A stretch of DNA of 59,443 nt, filler included, from Squatina squatina (lineage: Eukaryota): the NCBI GenBank assembly GCA_031763465.1. It is 3 parts of 3 records of this genome, joined end to end, with 100 filler letters (N's around TTAATTAATTAA, not from the genome) between each part and the next. Parts side by side here need not be neighbours in the genome. Positions count along the whole stretch, not along the records: positions 1 to 28,149 come from JARFOE010000168.1; 2 more parts are not named here. One strand, written 5' to 3'. The stretch's first letter is position 1. Every line of letters starts with the position of its first letter. The notes below the pieces were generated by a model that ran no database searches, was not told the origin of the DNA, and saw only the letters and a list, made by a program, of their open reading frames with translations. The position numbers and the translations under genes are program-made. Positions 12,971 to 25,570 of the stretch are shown here, piece after piece.

Positions 12971-14275
12971 NNNNNNNNNNNNNNNNNNNNNNNNNNNNNN
13001 NNNNNNNNNNNNNNNNNNNNNNNNNNNNNNNNNNNNNNNNNNNNNNNNNNNNNNNNNNNNNNNNNNNNNNGATAGCCTCTATAACTGTCATTATAAATAG
13101 TAATTATAACATTAGAGGCTCTCACCAGATGACAATATTCTACCAGCAGCTCTTGCAAAGTTTATTGAATGTAATCTGGAAGCATTATTCCTTGAATTAC
13201 CCAATTATCTACTAAATTATAAAAGTCAAATCTACATCACCAACTGTTCCCAGAACTGCCAGAATGTGCGGTGTTGCAAAACTGTAGTGAAATGTAAACA
13301 AAACAACACAATTAAAATAGAAAAAAAACAAATCTTCCATGTTCCACGTTCCCAGTGGCTTCAATCAAGGGAGCACTTCACAAATAAACTAAGTCAGGGC
13401 AACTAATAAACTCCTGCTCTAATTACTGGCTGCAGTTGTATCAACTGCAGCAAATGAGAAGCGTGCAACCATTAATTATCTAATGAGGCCAACAATACAT
13501 CAGATGAGGTGGATCTGATTAAATATTAAACAGCAGCATATGGAGAGTGCTGTGAAGAAAGGCTTGGAATCTGAGCACATGAAACAACAAGCCACATCAT
13601 TGCGAAAAGCAACTGCAAGACCAGTCTAGCAAGGCACCAAAAATGGGAATGNNNNNNNNNNNNNNNNNNNNNNNNNNNNNNNNNNNNNNNNNNNNNNNNN
13701 NNNNNNNNNNNNNNNNNNNNNNNNNNNNNNNNNNNNNNNNNNNNNNNNNNNGACTGAAGTCGATCTCCCATGCCAGGGATAGTCTGAGACTTGAAGCATG
13801 CTTTCAGATTTTTATCAGTCTCACAGCACCATAACTGTGATTTGCCCAGCACTGTATTGCGGCAGTAGTTTTTTTTATATTACATTGTGGCTATTTAGTG
13901 GGACAGTGTAACATGAAGAAGCCAGCGACCAAGGGCCCGCAGTCTTTCAACTGTGAGAATACTTGATAATTGAAGGTGGAGTTAAGCCTAATGCAGTGTA
14001 TGTCTGAGCATTAAAAGACAGCAATTTAGTGAGGGCTGGTTAGCCTTCATGTGCTATCCTTTTCTCAAATGATCCACAATTGCTGTTGTATTAGTTGGAT
14101 CTTAGTGCTACAGTGCACTGAAGTAATTATATTTGGTTAAAAGCTCAGTCTGTCATATTCTAAAATGAACGCATTGCTCATGCAGATAGAGCTGCTGTTG
14201 CTGCAGAGGCTGTAATCCGTTATCTGAAATTTTCAGTTAAAGGTAAGCTGCTGCGTACTTTTGTAGAAACATACT

Positions 14276-14456
14276 GGCTTTGAAATTCAGAGGGAGTTAC
14301 ATTCGGCATGACAGCAGCAGGAGATGGCAGGAACCACACAGAAATGGCGTAAATGGCTGAAAACCACTATGTACACCATTTCCCCTCGAGTTCTGCTGGA
14401 CTCTTCACTGAAGTTCTGTTGGGAGGCTGCTAGAACCCCAGACGAATTTTAGGGCC
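14276..14456. mobile_element. Putative Harbinger-type MITE
   Basis: Imperfect terminal inverted repeats ggctttgaaattc ... gaattttagggcc. Confidence 0.5.
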
Positions 14457-15639
14457 CCAGTTTTTTGCACATTATGAAGATTGTATTTAATGATCCACNN
14501 NNNNNNNNNNNNNNNNNNNNNNNNNNNNNNNNNNNNNNNNNNNNNNNNNNNNNNNNNNNNNNNNNNNNNNNNNNNNNNNNNNNNNNNNNNNNNNNNNNAG
14601 CGTAATTTTAATTCCATGTTGTTCCACAGTGCAGTTTGCACACAGTCCATAATTTGGTCAGGATAATTCAGTGTCAAAACTGAAGGTTCATTGTTGCACT
14701 GTTATAAAAGGCCCTAAGTATTCAAAAAGCTAAAGGCTATAATTTGAACAAAAGAAAACAGTTCCTATCAGTGTACTTTCAAACTGTTAAAACACTGAAA
14801 ATAGCAACCTCTGCATGTATTGTCAAAATGAAACAACTTAGAAAGGTATCATCTTGGTGTAATACCAGCTCTTACTTCAAAAGCAAATCGATGAGATCAA
14901 TACAACCTTGCACTCTTTCTCGCCAATGCTTCACCTATTCTCATTAGGAACCAGCGCTAGAAACAGTAAACAATAATTTGATGAAAGTGCATTACAAGTA
15001 CATTAAAGCCAAACCTAAAGAATTGTTCAATATATTCATAACCAGATAAATTTTATTGCATTGACGTGGAGGTACTTGATAACTGATGCGGATAATTTAA
15101 AGTAATGTTGAGTACCGGGTTATGCTGACTGTTCAGTTCAATAAGTTAATTGACAATAAATCCTAGCTGACTATAAAAAGCAGTTGACTTGTCATTTTCA
15201 AGCTGGTCATGATTTTTCATGATGCAGAACTTTCAATTCAAAGGGATGATTAAAAATAGGGTTATTTTCAACTACCGGTATTTGATTTAATTATCTAATC
15301 AGCCATAAATCATTTTCTATTGAAAAAGTAATTCAATATAGATGATATTTTTCTGGCAATTTTCTTGGCTGTATTGAGATCGGTAAGTAACACAGTAATA
15401 TATATGAGTAAATGGCATTTCATTATAATAAAGGGCTTGATCCTCATGTGCACAGTTGAGCCAGTGATTTACCCAATTCAAGAAGTTTAATGCCTGTCCA
15501 ATACAACAGGAATCTTACGCATATGTGCATATAAAGTNNNNNNNNNNNNNNNNNNNNNNNNNNNNNNNNNNNNNNNNNNNNNNNNNNNNNNNNNNNNNNN
15601 NNNNNNNNNNNNNNNNNNNNNNNNNNNNNNNNNNNNNTA

Positions 15640-15935
15640 AATAGCACTACAAATCATAAGATTGAGGGTGTCAATGCCCCAAAAAAATGTGTGTTGACAC
15701 CGCTAGTTTTAAGGCTCAGTAGCTTCATCTGCTGTGTCAGCAGGCGGCCATTTTGGGCATTACGCCTACTGATGATGTCATTGACAGCATCTAGTGCTGG
15801 ACGCTGAGATTACAGCGCTAGAGGCCTGACTCCCATTTAAAGCCAGCGTTAATGGGACCCGAATTTTCCAGCGATGAAGTTAGCGCCGATTTAACGCTAC
15901 ATTAGCGCCCAAAAAGAAGGACGAATTGGCCGCCC
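15640..15935 (-). mobile_element. Harbinger terminal region (same family as 40690-41000, reverse orientation)
   Basis: caccgctagttttaaggctcag and gcggccattttgggcatt are exact reverse complements of blocks at about 40890-40955. Confidence 0.85.
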
Positions 15936-15949
15936 ATAAAGTTGGATTG

Positions 15950-16210
15950 GAAAATTTGTTTTGTGGTGGCTTTTATTTCAGCATTGAGTGCCGTGATGGT
16001 CAATAACATAGGGAAGGTAGCTGTGGAACTGCTAAAGTGTTGAATGGGGAATTTGGGGTCACATTCACTGGTATCTCAGTGGGACAAGTTGATCACGGAC
16101 CACCCAGGTAGAAAGGGGCTTTCTGATTTGCTCCTCCCTTCCACTTCTTCTTCTTCCTCCTCCTCCTCCTCTGCTTCCTCGGGCACTGCGGAGACAAATT
16201 TCTAGCCCAA
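15950..16210 (-). mobile_element. Internally deleted Harbinger derivative (related to 55940-56902)
   Basis: Shares gaaagggg...ct/cc-rich acidic-tail segment and terminal aatttctag(c/g)cc with the 56 kb copy. Confidence 0.55.
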
Positions 16211-16544
16211 GCACTCTACCATGACTCATTTTACAACCTGCATTATTTATCTTTGATTTTCTGCTTTCCTCGGCATGACATTGCTATGGTTTCAGCATCT
16301 CACTAGAAATACCATTGTAAAGTAATATATATGTTCTATAGTGTATTTGATCATTTCTGGTTTTATCTATCCTCATGGTGTTTAATCCTGTTCCAAACCT
16401 CAGCTCTAATTTAAACTAAATTAATCAAGAGTGGCAATAACTGCTTTTGGTCGCAATTAATTCCAGATACTGCTACTCTGTGGAGTGATGGAATTGCTTG
16501 TAATGACGAATCCGCCTTCAATTTTGTTAATTTTGTTCTTGTTT

Positions 16545-16805
16545 CCTCTAGCCTTCCATTGACAGTTTGAAGTTAAATAGCTTGCTACTCTGAACACTAT
16601 CCACACCTCGCAGCAGTTTAAAGATTCAGATCCACTCTCCTTTCAATCTTGTTTTCTCTCATGACAACAACTTCAGTTCTGCGAATCTTTCCTCATAATT
16701 TAAGGCCTTAATTTGCAGGATCCTGATTGTTGTTTTTCTCTGAATCCTTTCTCAAAACACCAATGTCCTTTTGAAGGTAGATGGCCCAAAATATTCAGTA
16801 CCAAG
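16545..16805 (-). mobile_element. Degenerate CR1 LINE fragment
   Basis: Reverse strand resembles the CR1 ORF2 C-terminal region (LNYEER-like, tcctcataatttaagg). Confidence 0.6.
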
Positions 16806-17088
16806 GAGTAGTAGAGAATGGTTTGATTTCCTCTGTTCATTCAGTTCCTGGGTTTCGCCATATTAATATGAGGAGGTGCTAGTTAGAAGCCCTGGAGGGA
16901 GGGAAATGGAAGGAAGATTTACCCCCTCTTCCTATGCATGTTTTCTGGCAGCCATTTTAACGTAGCATAGAAAGAGGCTTGAGTTCANNNNNNNNNNNNN
17001 NNNNNNNNNNNNNNNNNNNNNNNNNNNNNNNNNNNNNNNNNNNNNNNNNNNNNNNNNNNNNNNNNNNNNNNNNNNNNNNNNNNNNNNA

Positions 17089-17520
17089 AGGATTTTGTTA
17101 TGAAGAACAGCTCAAAAAAGTGGGTTTATTTCAATGGGAACAAATCAAATTAAGGCAAGATCTGACAAAGGTATTCAAAGTTATTAATGGTTTTGAGAGG
17201 GTAAATAGTGAAAGATTATTTCCACTGGTTGGCAAATCAGTAACAAGAGGGCAAAGACTCAGGATTATCACTAAAAGAACAAATAAAAAAGACTTTCTTC
17301 ATAGGGTTATTGGAACATAGAATGCTTTACAAAAAATGGCTACTGAGGTGAAAGCTGTAACAGTAAAAAGAGAATTGGATAACTATTTGGAAAGAAAGGA
17401 GATAAAAAAATATATGGAAAGTGGACAAGGGAATGGAATTAGAGTAGATAGCTTCAGTTGAAGATCTAGCATTGGCATTAGCATGGTGGGTAGCATGGCC
17501 TTCTGTGCTGTAATTTCAAT
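17089..17520 (+). mobile_element. CR1 LINE 3' fragment
   Basis: YEEQLKKVGLFQWEQIKLRQDLTKVFKVINGFERVNSERLFPLVGKSVTRGQRL followed by a CR1-like 3'UTR. Confidence 0.9.
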
Positions 17521-20213
17521 GATTTTTCGTGAAAAAGAAATTCTCCCGAAGGCCTTATAGAGGTATTTAAAATAATAGGTAAATCTGGAGCATTATCTAA
17601 AGTTAAGCTGCAACTGTAGGATATATGGCAGGTATAAATGATTGATTGAGGTCATTGATCATTCTCAATTATACAGTTCATGTCCTCTGTGATTTTGATC
17701 TGCTCCCTTTAGTCACACAAGGCTGAAATAGTCGTTACATTTCATTTTTAAATGCAGGTGGTTTCAGTATTATAACTTCAACTGCTTTTTCGGAATGTAT
17801 TGCAAATCCCATGCTGTGTTTCTGCAACTTGTTATGCAGACAGCATCAGCAGCCAAACTCCTTCCTCAGATCTTAGAAAAAAATTCAGCATACAGCATTA
17901 GGAGTATCATAGCTTGTGATGTTTTGGAAAATGTTACACTGCGCTCATACGGTTACCAAGTCCGATTTCAGAGCAGAGATTAATGATTGAGCACNNNNNN
18001 NNNNNNNNNNNNNNNNNNNNNNNNNNNNNNNNNNNNNNNNNNNNNNNNNNNNNNNNNNNNNNNNNNNNNNNNNNNNNNNNNNNNNNNNNNNNNNCCCTCA
18101 TCCTTGTCCAATCATACCAAATAACAACACACAAGGGTAGGCACTTGGGTGTTTCAGGCAATGATCATGTAACGTTTCTGGTGAAGAGTTATCAAACATT
18201 GAAATCTTTGATTTGGGCACTTTGCCTTCTTGGACAGATTTGGGTGAGCATTTTAAAATAGCTTGGTGAGAAAGTGAATGTTGAGACATTAATGAAGCAA
18301 TTGAGAGCAGCAGCATTGTACTTATGATTAGTATGTATGCACTGAATGGGCTTGTGGTACAATATGTTGTTCCAGCAGACAAAATCTAACAGTTTGTTCA
18401 CCAAATGGGGTTACAGTACAATAAATCTTTATGTTTTCAAAAAGTGGTTCAATTGCATATGCTGCAGTATTTCCAAGCACAGACTGTGGGTCATGCTACA
18501 AACTAGGATTTGCAAATAAGCATTTAAAACTGAAAGCACAGCAAAGACAAAAGCAAACATTAAAGTTTGATGTTCTGACGCTTAATGGCAGGCAGATTAA
18601 CAAACAGAATGCTATGACCTTTGAGAGCAGTTTGAAAGCAGTTTATTACCCTTCTTGTAAGAGATGTACAAAATATATGGGAGCAGATTACAGACAGCAG
18701 AGAAGGATGAAAAAAAACAAGAGTTATGGCTCGCAGAAGCAGATGAAGTAAGAAGATTAAAACCAAAGATGGAGGAAAATGAAACATGGCTAAGGCGTTA
18801 TAATTGTCTGTCCTAGTCAATATAAAAAATGAAGAACGACTGGGAGATGTGCATCAGTGATATCTGGGACGATGTAGCTCCAGAGCAGCAGCACAGAAGT
18901 GTGTGGGTAATGAGAAAACCTATTGCATTATTTGGTCCAGGAATGAGAGTAACTAAAGACAAGGTTAGCTAAGTGCCAACAGACTGGAATTAATTTTTAA
19001 AAACAGTGTGTTGGAGTGCCATTGGCACCTTGTCTCTTGTGATAGACCCAATTGTGATGGCAGCAGTTGGTGCTTGCATNNNNNNNNNNGGATAAGATCA
19101 GAATGAATAATTTCTTAAAAATGTGAGAAAGGGAGAGTGCAGGGAGCAGATCAGGTAACACCTGAAGATCCAATGACTGGTGATGTAAAACTGAACGTCA
19201 TGTATCACTTGTGCTTAAGAATCTGTGAATAAAAGCAGTTTGCTTTTGACTGGAGGAAGAGTGTTATGTAATCAAATTGCCAAAAATAAACAGCCTCAAC
19301 TACATTAATTACTGTTGAATCAAATTACTGTGAAAGATCAGAATGAAGATAACTACCACCATCTTACAAAGGAGCTGAGGATGTATGGAAGAAACCCTAT
19401 TTGAGCAGCTGGATCAGGGACCTCAAAGCCTGCCCATGAAGTGTTTCATGAGTATGGGTAACATTTGTTTATAAGCTATGCTAATTTTAATAAAGTCTAT
19501 TTTTTGATGGTGAGTTCTCCAGATGTTAATGCATTTTTATGGATAGCTGGAACAATGGAAATAAAAATGTGAAATGTGAACCATGAAACAGAATGAGATG
19601 ATGTAAAATGAAGAGGGTATGTAGGACCAAGAGAAGCAGGGTCAACTTTGACTCTGTGTCAGTCCATCTAAATCATTTCGTTGCTTCTGCCAGATTCAGA
19701 AAAATGCCTAAGCCTATCTTCAATATCAATGAGCATGAATCACAAGAGGTTAAAATTCACAAAAACAGACAAAAATAAGTTAGATCTCATTCCCAGTTGA
19801 TGATGGTTTCGTAAATAGATATTGTACAAGTGATACAGCTAAGAACTAACCAATGTCATGATGCATATTTTATATGGCCTCAATGTTGAATATAGAAGAA
19901 TAGAACAGTGAATTAAGTCCTTCACTGCTTTATCACAAGGCAGGCCCAATAACAGTCCTTGAAAAAGAAATGAGGGATAGCTGACTGGTGTGATCAGAAG
20001 AACTGTCAGTCAGAGTGCTGTACGCTGCACTGCAGCAGTGAAATATGGTTGCATTAGTATGTAAAGATTCTCTACTAAAAGTGATCTTCTGCCTGCCTTA
20101 ATGGTGCGCTGTTCTATTAAACATATCACTTTGGTTCATTAATCAACCATGCATCATTTCTTTTCCATTGCTATAATATAAACTGTGGAAAAAATCTAGA
20201 TTATTTTATTCTT

Positions 20214-20342
20214 GGGGGTGAATTTCTACTTTAGAAGCAGCTATTTTATAAGCACTGTTCATGCTATTTTTCCTGAATTTTCCATGGATCATCTGCTGAT
20301 GTTACTGTAGATGATCAGAACACATGCAGAAATTCAGCCCCC
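20214..20342. mobile_element. About 130-bp Harbinger-type MITE with internal hairpin
   Basis: TIRs gggggtgaatttct ... agaaattcagccccc; internal inverted repeat gatcatctgc/gtagatgatc; possible 3-bp ttg TSD. Confidence 0.6.
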
Positions 20343-21189
20343 TTGACTTTAACATTTAAATGGTGTCTTAAGAGCATCTTGGTTCATTCATTTAATTTCC
20401 AGATGGTAACTTTTTTTTAAATAGCAATGTTTCCTGTGACTTAAGGGGAGATTTTAACCCTGCCTACTCAGCTGAAACTGGCCAGGCAGGCAGTTAAAAT
20501 GTCAGTCGGTNNNNNNNNNNNNNNNNNNNNNNNNNNNNNNNNNNNNNNNNNNNNNNNNNNNNNNNNNNNNNNNNNNNNNNNNNNNNNNNNNNNNNNNNNN
20601 NNNNNNNNNNATCAGAGAATGTTCTGTTTATTTGCTGTATAATAATCCATTCAATCACCTTTTGGTCACTGCATTCCCATCATACCCTGCTGTAATGTTT
20701 ATGTGCCATTCTCCATAGCTTATCTAAAAGAGAATATTATAGTGGTGTTGATCCATGACTCCCTGATCTATCATTCGCTGAGATTAAAACACAGGAGGCC
20801 CTCAGCAGTGGCTGCTGGGTAATGGCTCCCCTGGCCGTCATTAGATAGTGGATGCATGGGACATGTGAGTGGCCTCTGTGCAAGCACCATCCAGCAATAC
20901 AGCTAATTCCATTAATTGTGCTTCATGGTTCATTTCTTCTGATTACCTTTTTAAATCATAGCTTCATTGTTTTTCCTCATTTGCCAAATGAAAATTACTA
21001 TGACTGGTTCTTCTCATTTTCTTCCTATGTTTTCTGTCTAAATAAAATGCAGAGGCTCAAATTGTTTGACAGGGAAGCTGCATTGCAAAGTGCTTCAGTG
21101 TGCGGCTGTTGTTTAAACCCCTTCCATCGTTGTTTATAGACAATTCACGATAAAATGCACTCCGTAGGAGACTGTATTTTTTTTTTTGG

Positions 21190-22285
21190 CTTTCTATCTT
21201 TTCAGAAAAAAATGGCATATGAAGAGAGAAATGGTTGAAGGGCAAAACATAGGGTAGAAGCAAAACAACATTTTTTTGTACTGGAAAGATGTGGTGAGTG
21301 ATATTCCCCAGGGGTCAGTCTTATATTTATAATAAGCATAACTGACATGGACTTAGGAAATGAGTGAACAATATTGAAATTTACTGACGTCACCAAATTG
21401 AAGTTTGCTGATGACACCATATTTGGGGGGAGAGGGGCGTGGGTAGTGCATAGGGCAACTTACGAACAAGATTGTCAACAACAGCAGAAGGACAATTACA
21501 CTGGCAGGTGGGGCAGAGAGATGGTAGATGCAGTTTTATGTGGATAAATATGAATACATATTGGAATCAAGAATTGGGAAATGAAATACATCTTAAATAA
21601 CAAGATTTTAAATGGAGTAGAGGAGCAGAGGGACTTTGGTATGCAGATACACAAATCATTAAAAGGTAGGCACCACACAGAGCCAAGGCCAGAAAACAGA
21701 ATCCTTGGTTTAGCAGCTAGAGGCATAAAATACAGAAGCAAGGAGGTTATGTTGAACTTGTACAAGACCTTAGTGAGGTCATAGTTGAATTGTTTACGGT
21801 TTTAGGAAGGTTTTCGAAGCAATGAAAAGGCTCAGTGCAGATTCACTGGGAATCTAACAGAGTTGGGGGATAGGGTTACAGTTAAAAAGAAAGTATTGAG
21901 AAGTTGGGACATTTTTCAGCAGTGCTGAGAAAGTCAAGGTTACTTAATAGAAGCCTTTGAGATTATGATGGTTTATGGCAAGGTAGTTACTGATTGTCTT
22001 GCTGACCAGAAAGTAATCAGTGATGAAAGTAAAGATAATCGTAAAAAGAATTAAAGGAGAGATTTAAAAAATTTTTTTTTAAAGACAGAATGTGTTTGGA
22101 ATGTGGAATTCTCAGCCAATAACAATTGTTGAAGTGGAATCCATAAATTATTTTAAAAGTCAATTAGATGGTTGTTGAAAAAGAGGAATATTAAATGGTA
22201 TGGGGATTGAGTAAGATAGTAGGAATAAAGCAGTGGCTTGTGAAAAACAACACTGGCCTGGATTTGATGCACTGAATAGCACAGA
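21190..22285 (+). mobile_element. Degenerate CR1 LINE (RT domain to 3' end)
   Basis: PQGSV, KFADDT (about 21400), LNGVEEQRDFG...RGIKYRSKEVMLNLYKTLVR. Confidence 0.9.
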
Positions 22286-23449
22286 AACTTGGTCATACAT
22301 TTTATGATTCAACTGAAAGCTACCAATAAAGGTTGCTAAGAAGGCCAACAGTGTCTTCTCTTTCTCTAGGTTTGACACAGGAAGCAGAGCTCGGCTTAGT
22401 ATAACCACACAGCAGCTCATCACATTCACTTTATCCCTCCCTCACATTTATCCCCGCTGGGGGATTTAGACAGCAAGTAAGCAGGGGTGCATTGGGTGAC
22501 ATATACGGTACAAGACCAGCTGGTGGTAGCATTAGAGCAAGAGGAATTTGAGGATTGGAGGGGCTGCTTGATCCCACCTCAGATAATGGGCCAGATAATC
22601 TCAACCAGACAGAACCAGCTTTTAAAAGAATGCTTTTGGAGCACCATACATTGATGCAGTGATGACAGGTAGTACTAATCAGTGTTCTGCATATTACAGC
22701 TCAAGTGAAGGCGTCTACTGGCTGTATATGCACAACTTGCATGATGACTTTGCACCATGCATCATGTGGAACTGGTGACAACTTTTGGTTCTTCTCCCAT
22801 ATATGCTCAGACTGTTGGCATAGAGACCCAGAGTTCAAGAGTTGAATAGGCTATCTTTTCCAGCTTCGGCAGGGTTGAAGGTCAGTAAAAGAAAACTACA
22901 AATAATTCACTGATCTTATTGATGCCTTGTAAATTGAAACCTCTGCAGGTACTCCTCCTCTGACAAATGGAGGTATGCTTGCCTCTGTCAGCAGAATCTA
23001 TCTGGGGTACCAGTTCATGTAGATTTATTTTGTGAAGCCGGATATTAGTCTGCTGACATAGGGGGATTCTAATAAGGAAATCTAATGTAGCACTTATGGC
23101 AGCTGTTGAGAAAAATGACTACACAACAGTTTTGCAAAGGCACCTGAATACCCAAGTAACCACCAAAAAGACCCCTTCCCCTGAAAAATACAAGAACAAT
23201 GGCCTGAAAATTATGCAAAGAATATTCTTGAAGGGCTCTTTAAATTAATTTCTGTATAGATCAACCTAGCAATTCTGAATGTTTCTTTCATATGGTAGAG
23301 CAGATGACTCTGTGCTAAGCATATATAAATACTGGGAAAGTGCAGGGACATTTAAATATCAGGACTTCATTAAAATATACAAATTAAGCTGCTACCTGTT
23401 TCTGGATGTTGCCAATTGGGAATTTACCACCAGGTGCCTTCATTTTTGC

Positions 23450-23620
23450 AACCAACCTCTTATGTAGCACCTTATTACACACCTTTCAAGATCTATGTAT
23501 ACATCATTCGGTACATTCCTTTACCTATACATTGCAAGTTCCTTGAAAACCTCAAGTAAATCAGTCAAGAACAATGTGCCATTTACAAATTCACATTGAC
23601 TGTCTGATTAAGCCATGCAC
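23450..23620 (-). mobile_element. Degenerate CR1 RT fragment
   Basis: Reverse strand resembles SQ.GF...LT.LLEVF...DKVPHKRL. Confidence 0.6.
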
Positions 23621-25039
23621 AAGTTTACCCACAACCAATACAAGCCTAATTCCTGTCTTCTCCTTTCCTGCAACATTGGGGTGTAGTATTATCCTTAAGA
23701 TTTTTGGAAAATTATAGTTAATGCCCATCAAATCCCTTTCAGTATTATCTGGGTAATACTGTCTTGAGATTGGTATTTTTCTATGTTTAATCCTATTAAC
23801 TTAAAAAATACTGTTTCATTTAGAACATTTATTTCCAGAATGACTTCCATATCCTTCTACAGTATCTTACACATTCCAACTTACACATTCCTCTGGAAAA
23901 CAAGATCATTTTTTATAAAAAGGAAATAGAATGTTGGAATGGTGAAGCAGTAAATTCATTACAGGAGTGCAGAAAGATCTATCAACCATTGTATGAATGC
24001 ATCCTATGATATTGTAAAGGCGTGAGGCTAGAATAATGCACTCATTTATAAAACAGCTAGATGTGATAATGGGAAGATAATGTGGTTAGTATTTTGGAAA
24101 GATGAGATCAAGTAGGTTGAATGGCTGTCTGCATGCAAACCTATCTTGCGGTCCAAATTTCTTGGGCTAGAGTTTCCACCCATCAAATATGAATCGGCAT
24201 AAAATCTTATTTCAGTTACAGTAAACCCTTGTATCATGTCCATGGGGGCAGGAGAATGTAAGGAGGAGATAACAACTTCTGTCACAATTCCAATCCCTTA
24301 TTTTGCCACTATTGTAAAAACTTGAGACAATCCCTTACACTTGTACAAGATTCAACAGATAGTATAATGGCACAGTGCTTTGGAACGGCAACGCACTGTA
24401 CCCTGGAATGATTGATATTATTTCTTGTGATCATTCCTCAGTTCTGTCATTGAGGAGAGATATCAAGCCGAATTCAGGCATTTCACTAATAGAAGAATTG
24501 AAGGGGAAACAAGAGGTAGAGCTATCCTTCATCATTCACACCCGTCTCTTGGCACTGGATTTCAAAGCGACATTGGTAGAGCTCTGGAAGCAGGCAAGTA
24601 CCTCCACCCTCTACACAGGGAGTGATGAGCAGTTCCACAGATGCAAANNNNNNNNNNNNNNNNNNNNNNNNNNNNNNNNNNNNNNNNNNNNNNNNNNNNN
24701 NNNNNNNNNNNNNNNNNNNNNNNNNNNNNNNNNNNNNNNNNNNNNNNCTTTCATTGGCAGGCAAAGTATTCCCAATGAAGTAATTATGGAGGAAAGCTTT
24801 CCAGGAAGCTGCTCCGTCACACGCGGATCGCACGCGGAGTGGGCATCATGAGTGCCTATTGGGTGAGAGGCTCTGGCCGTGACACAGGCCCCTGGACGAT
24901 TTGGCCAAAACTGCAACCAATAAAATGGTATGAACAGAAGTGTAATGATACAAAAAACAATCTGGAAATATTTGCATTTGAGAAACCATGTTCACCCATC
25001 TTCATGCTGATCATGAGCACAAACAGCACAGTGAGACAT

Positions 25040-25570
25040 CCAGACCTTATCTGGAGAAACTGCATTCATCTCTGGGCATTCAGCTCCGGAAGGCTATATT
25101 GGCCTTGGAGGGGGAGCAGCGCATATTCACCAGATTGATATCGGGACTCAAGGCTTAAATTATAAGGATAGAGTGTATAAACTTGTGTTGTATTCCGTTG
25201 AGTTTAGAATACTGATTGACGTGTTTAAAATGAAGAAGGGTAGATACTGAGAAACTAATTCCGCTGGTTGGTGAGGCCAGGACAAAGGGACATAAGCTTA
25301 GAATTAGAGCTAGGCTGTTCAGGGATGAAAGCAGCAAACATCTTCTCATGCAAAGTGTAATGAAAATCTGGAACTATCCCCAAAATGGCTGTGGGTCAAC
25401 TGGCGCTTTCAAGGCTGAGATCGATAGATTTAAATAAGGGTATCAAGGGATGTGGAGCGAAGGCGGGTAGCTGGGGTGGAGGTTGCAGATCAGCCATGAT
25501 CTAACTGAATGGTGGAACAGGCTCGAGGGGCTGAATGGCCTCCTCCTGTTCATTATTTCTATGTCCTATA
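25040..25570 (+). mobile_element. CR1 LINE 3' fragment
   Basis: ILALEGEQR.FTRL-like coding remnant and tail gatcagccatgatct...ggctcgaggggctgaatggcct. Confidence 0.9.
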
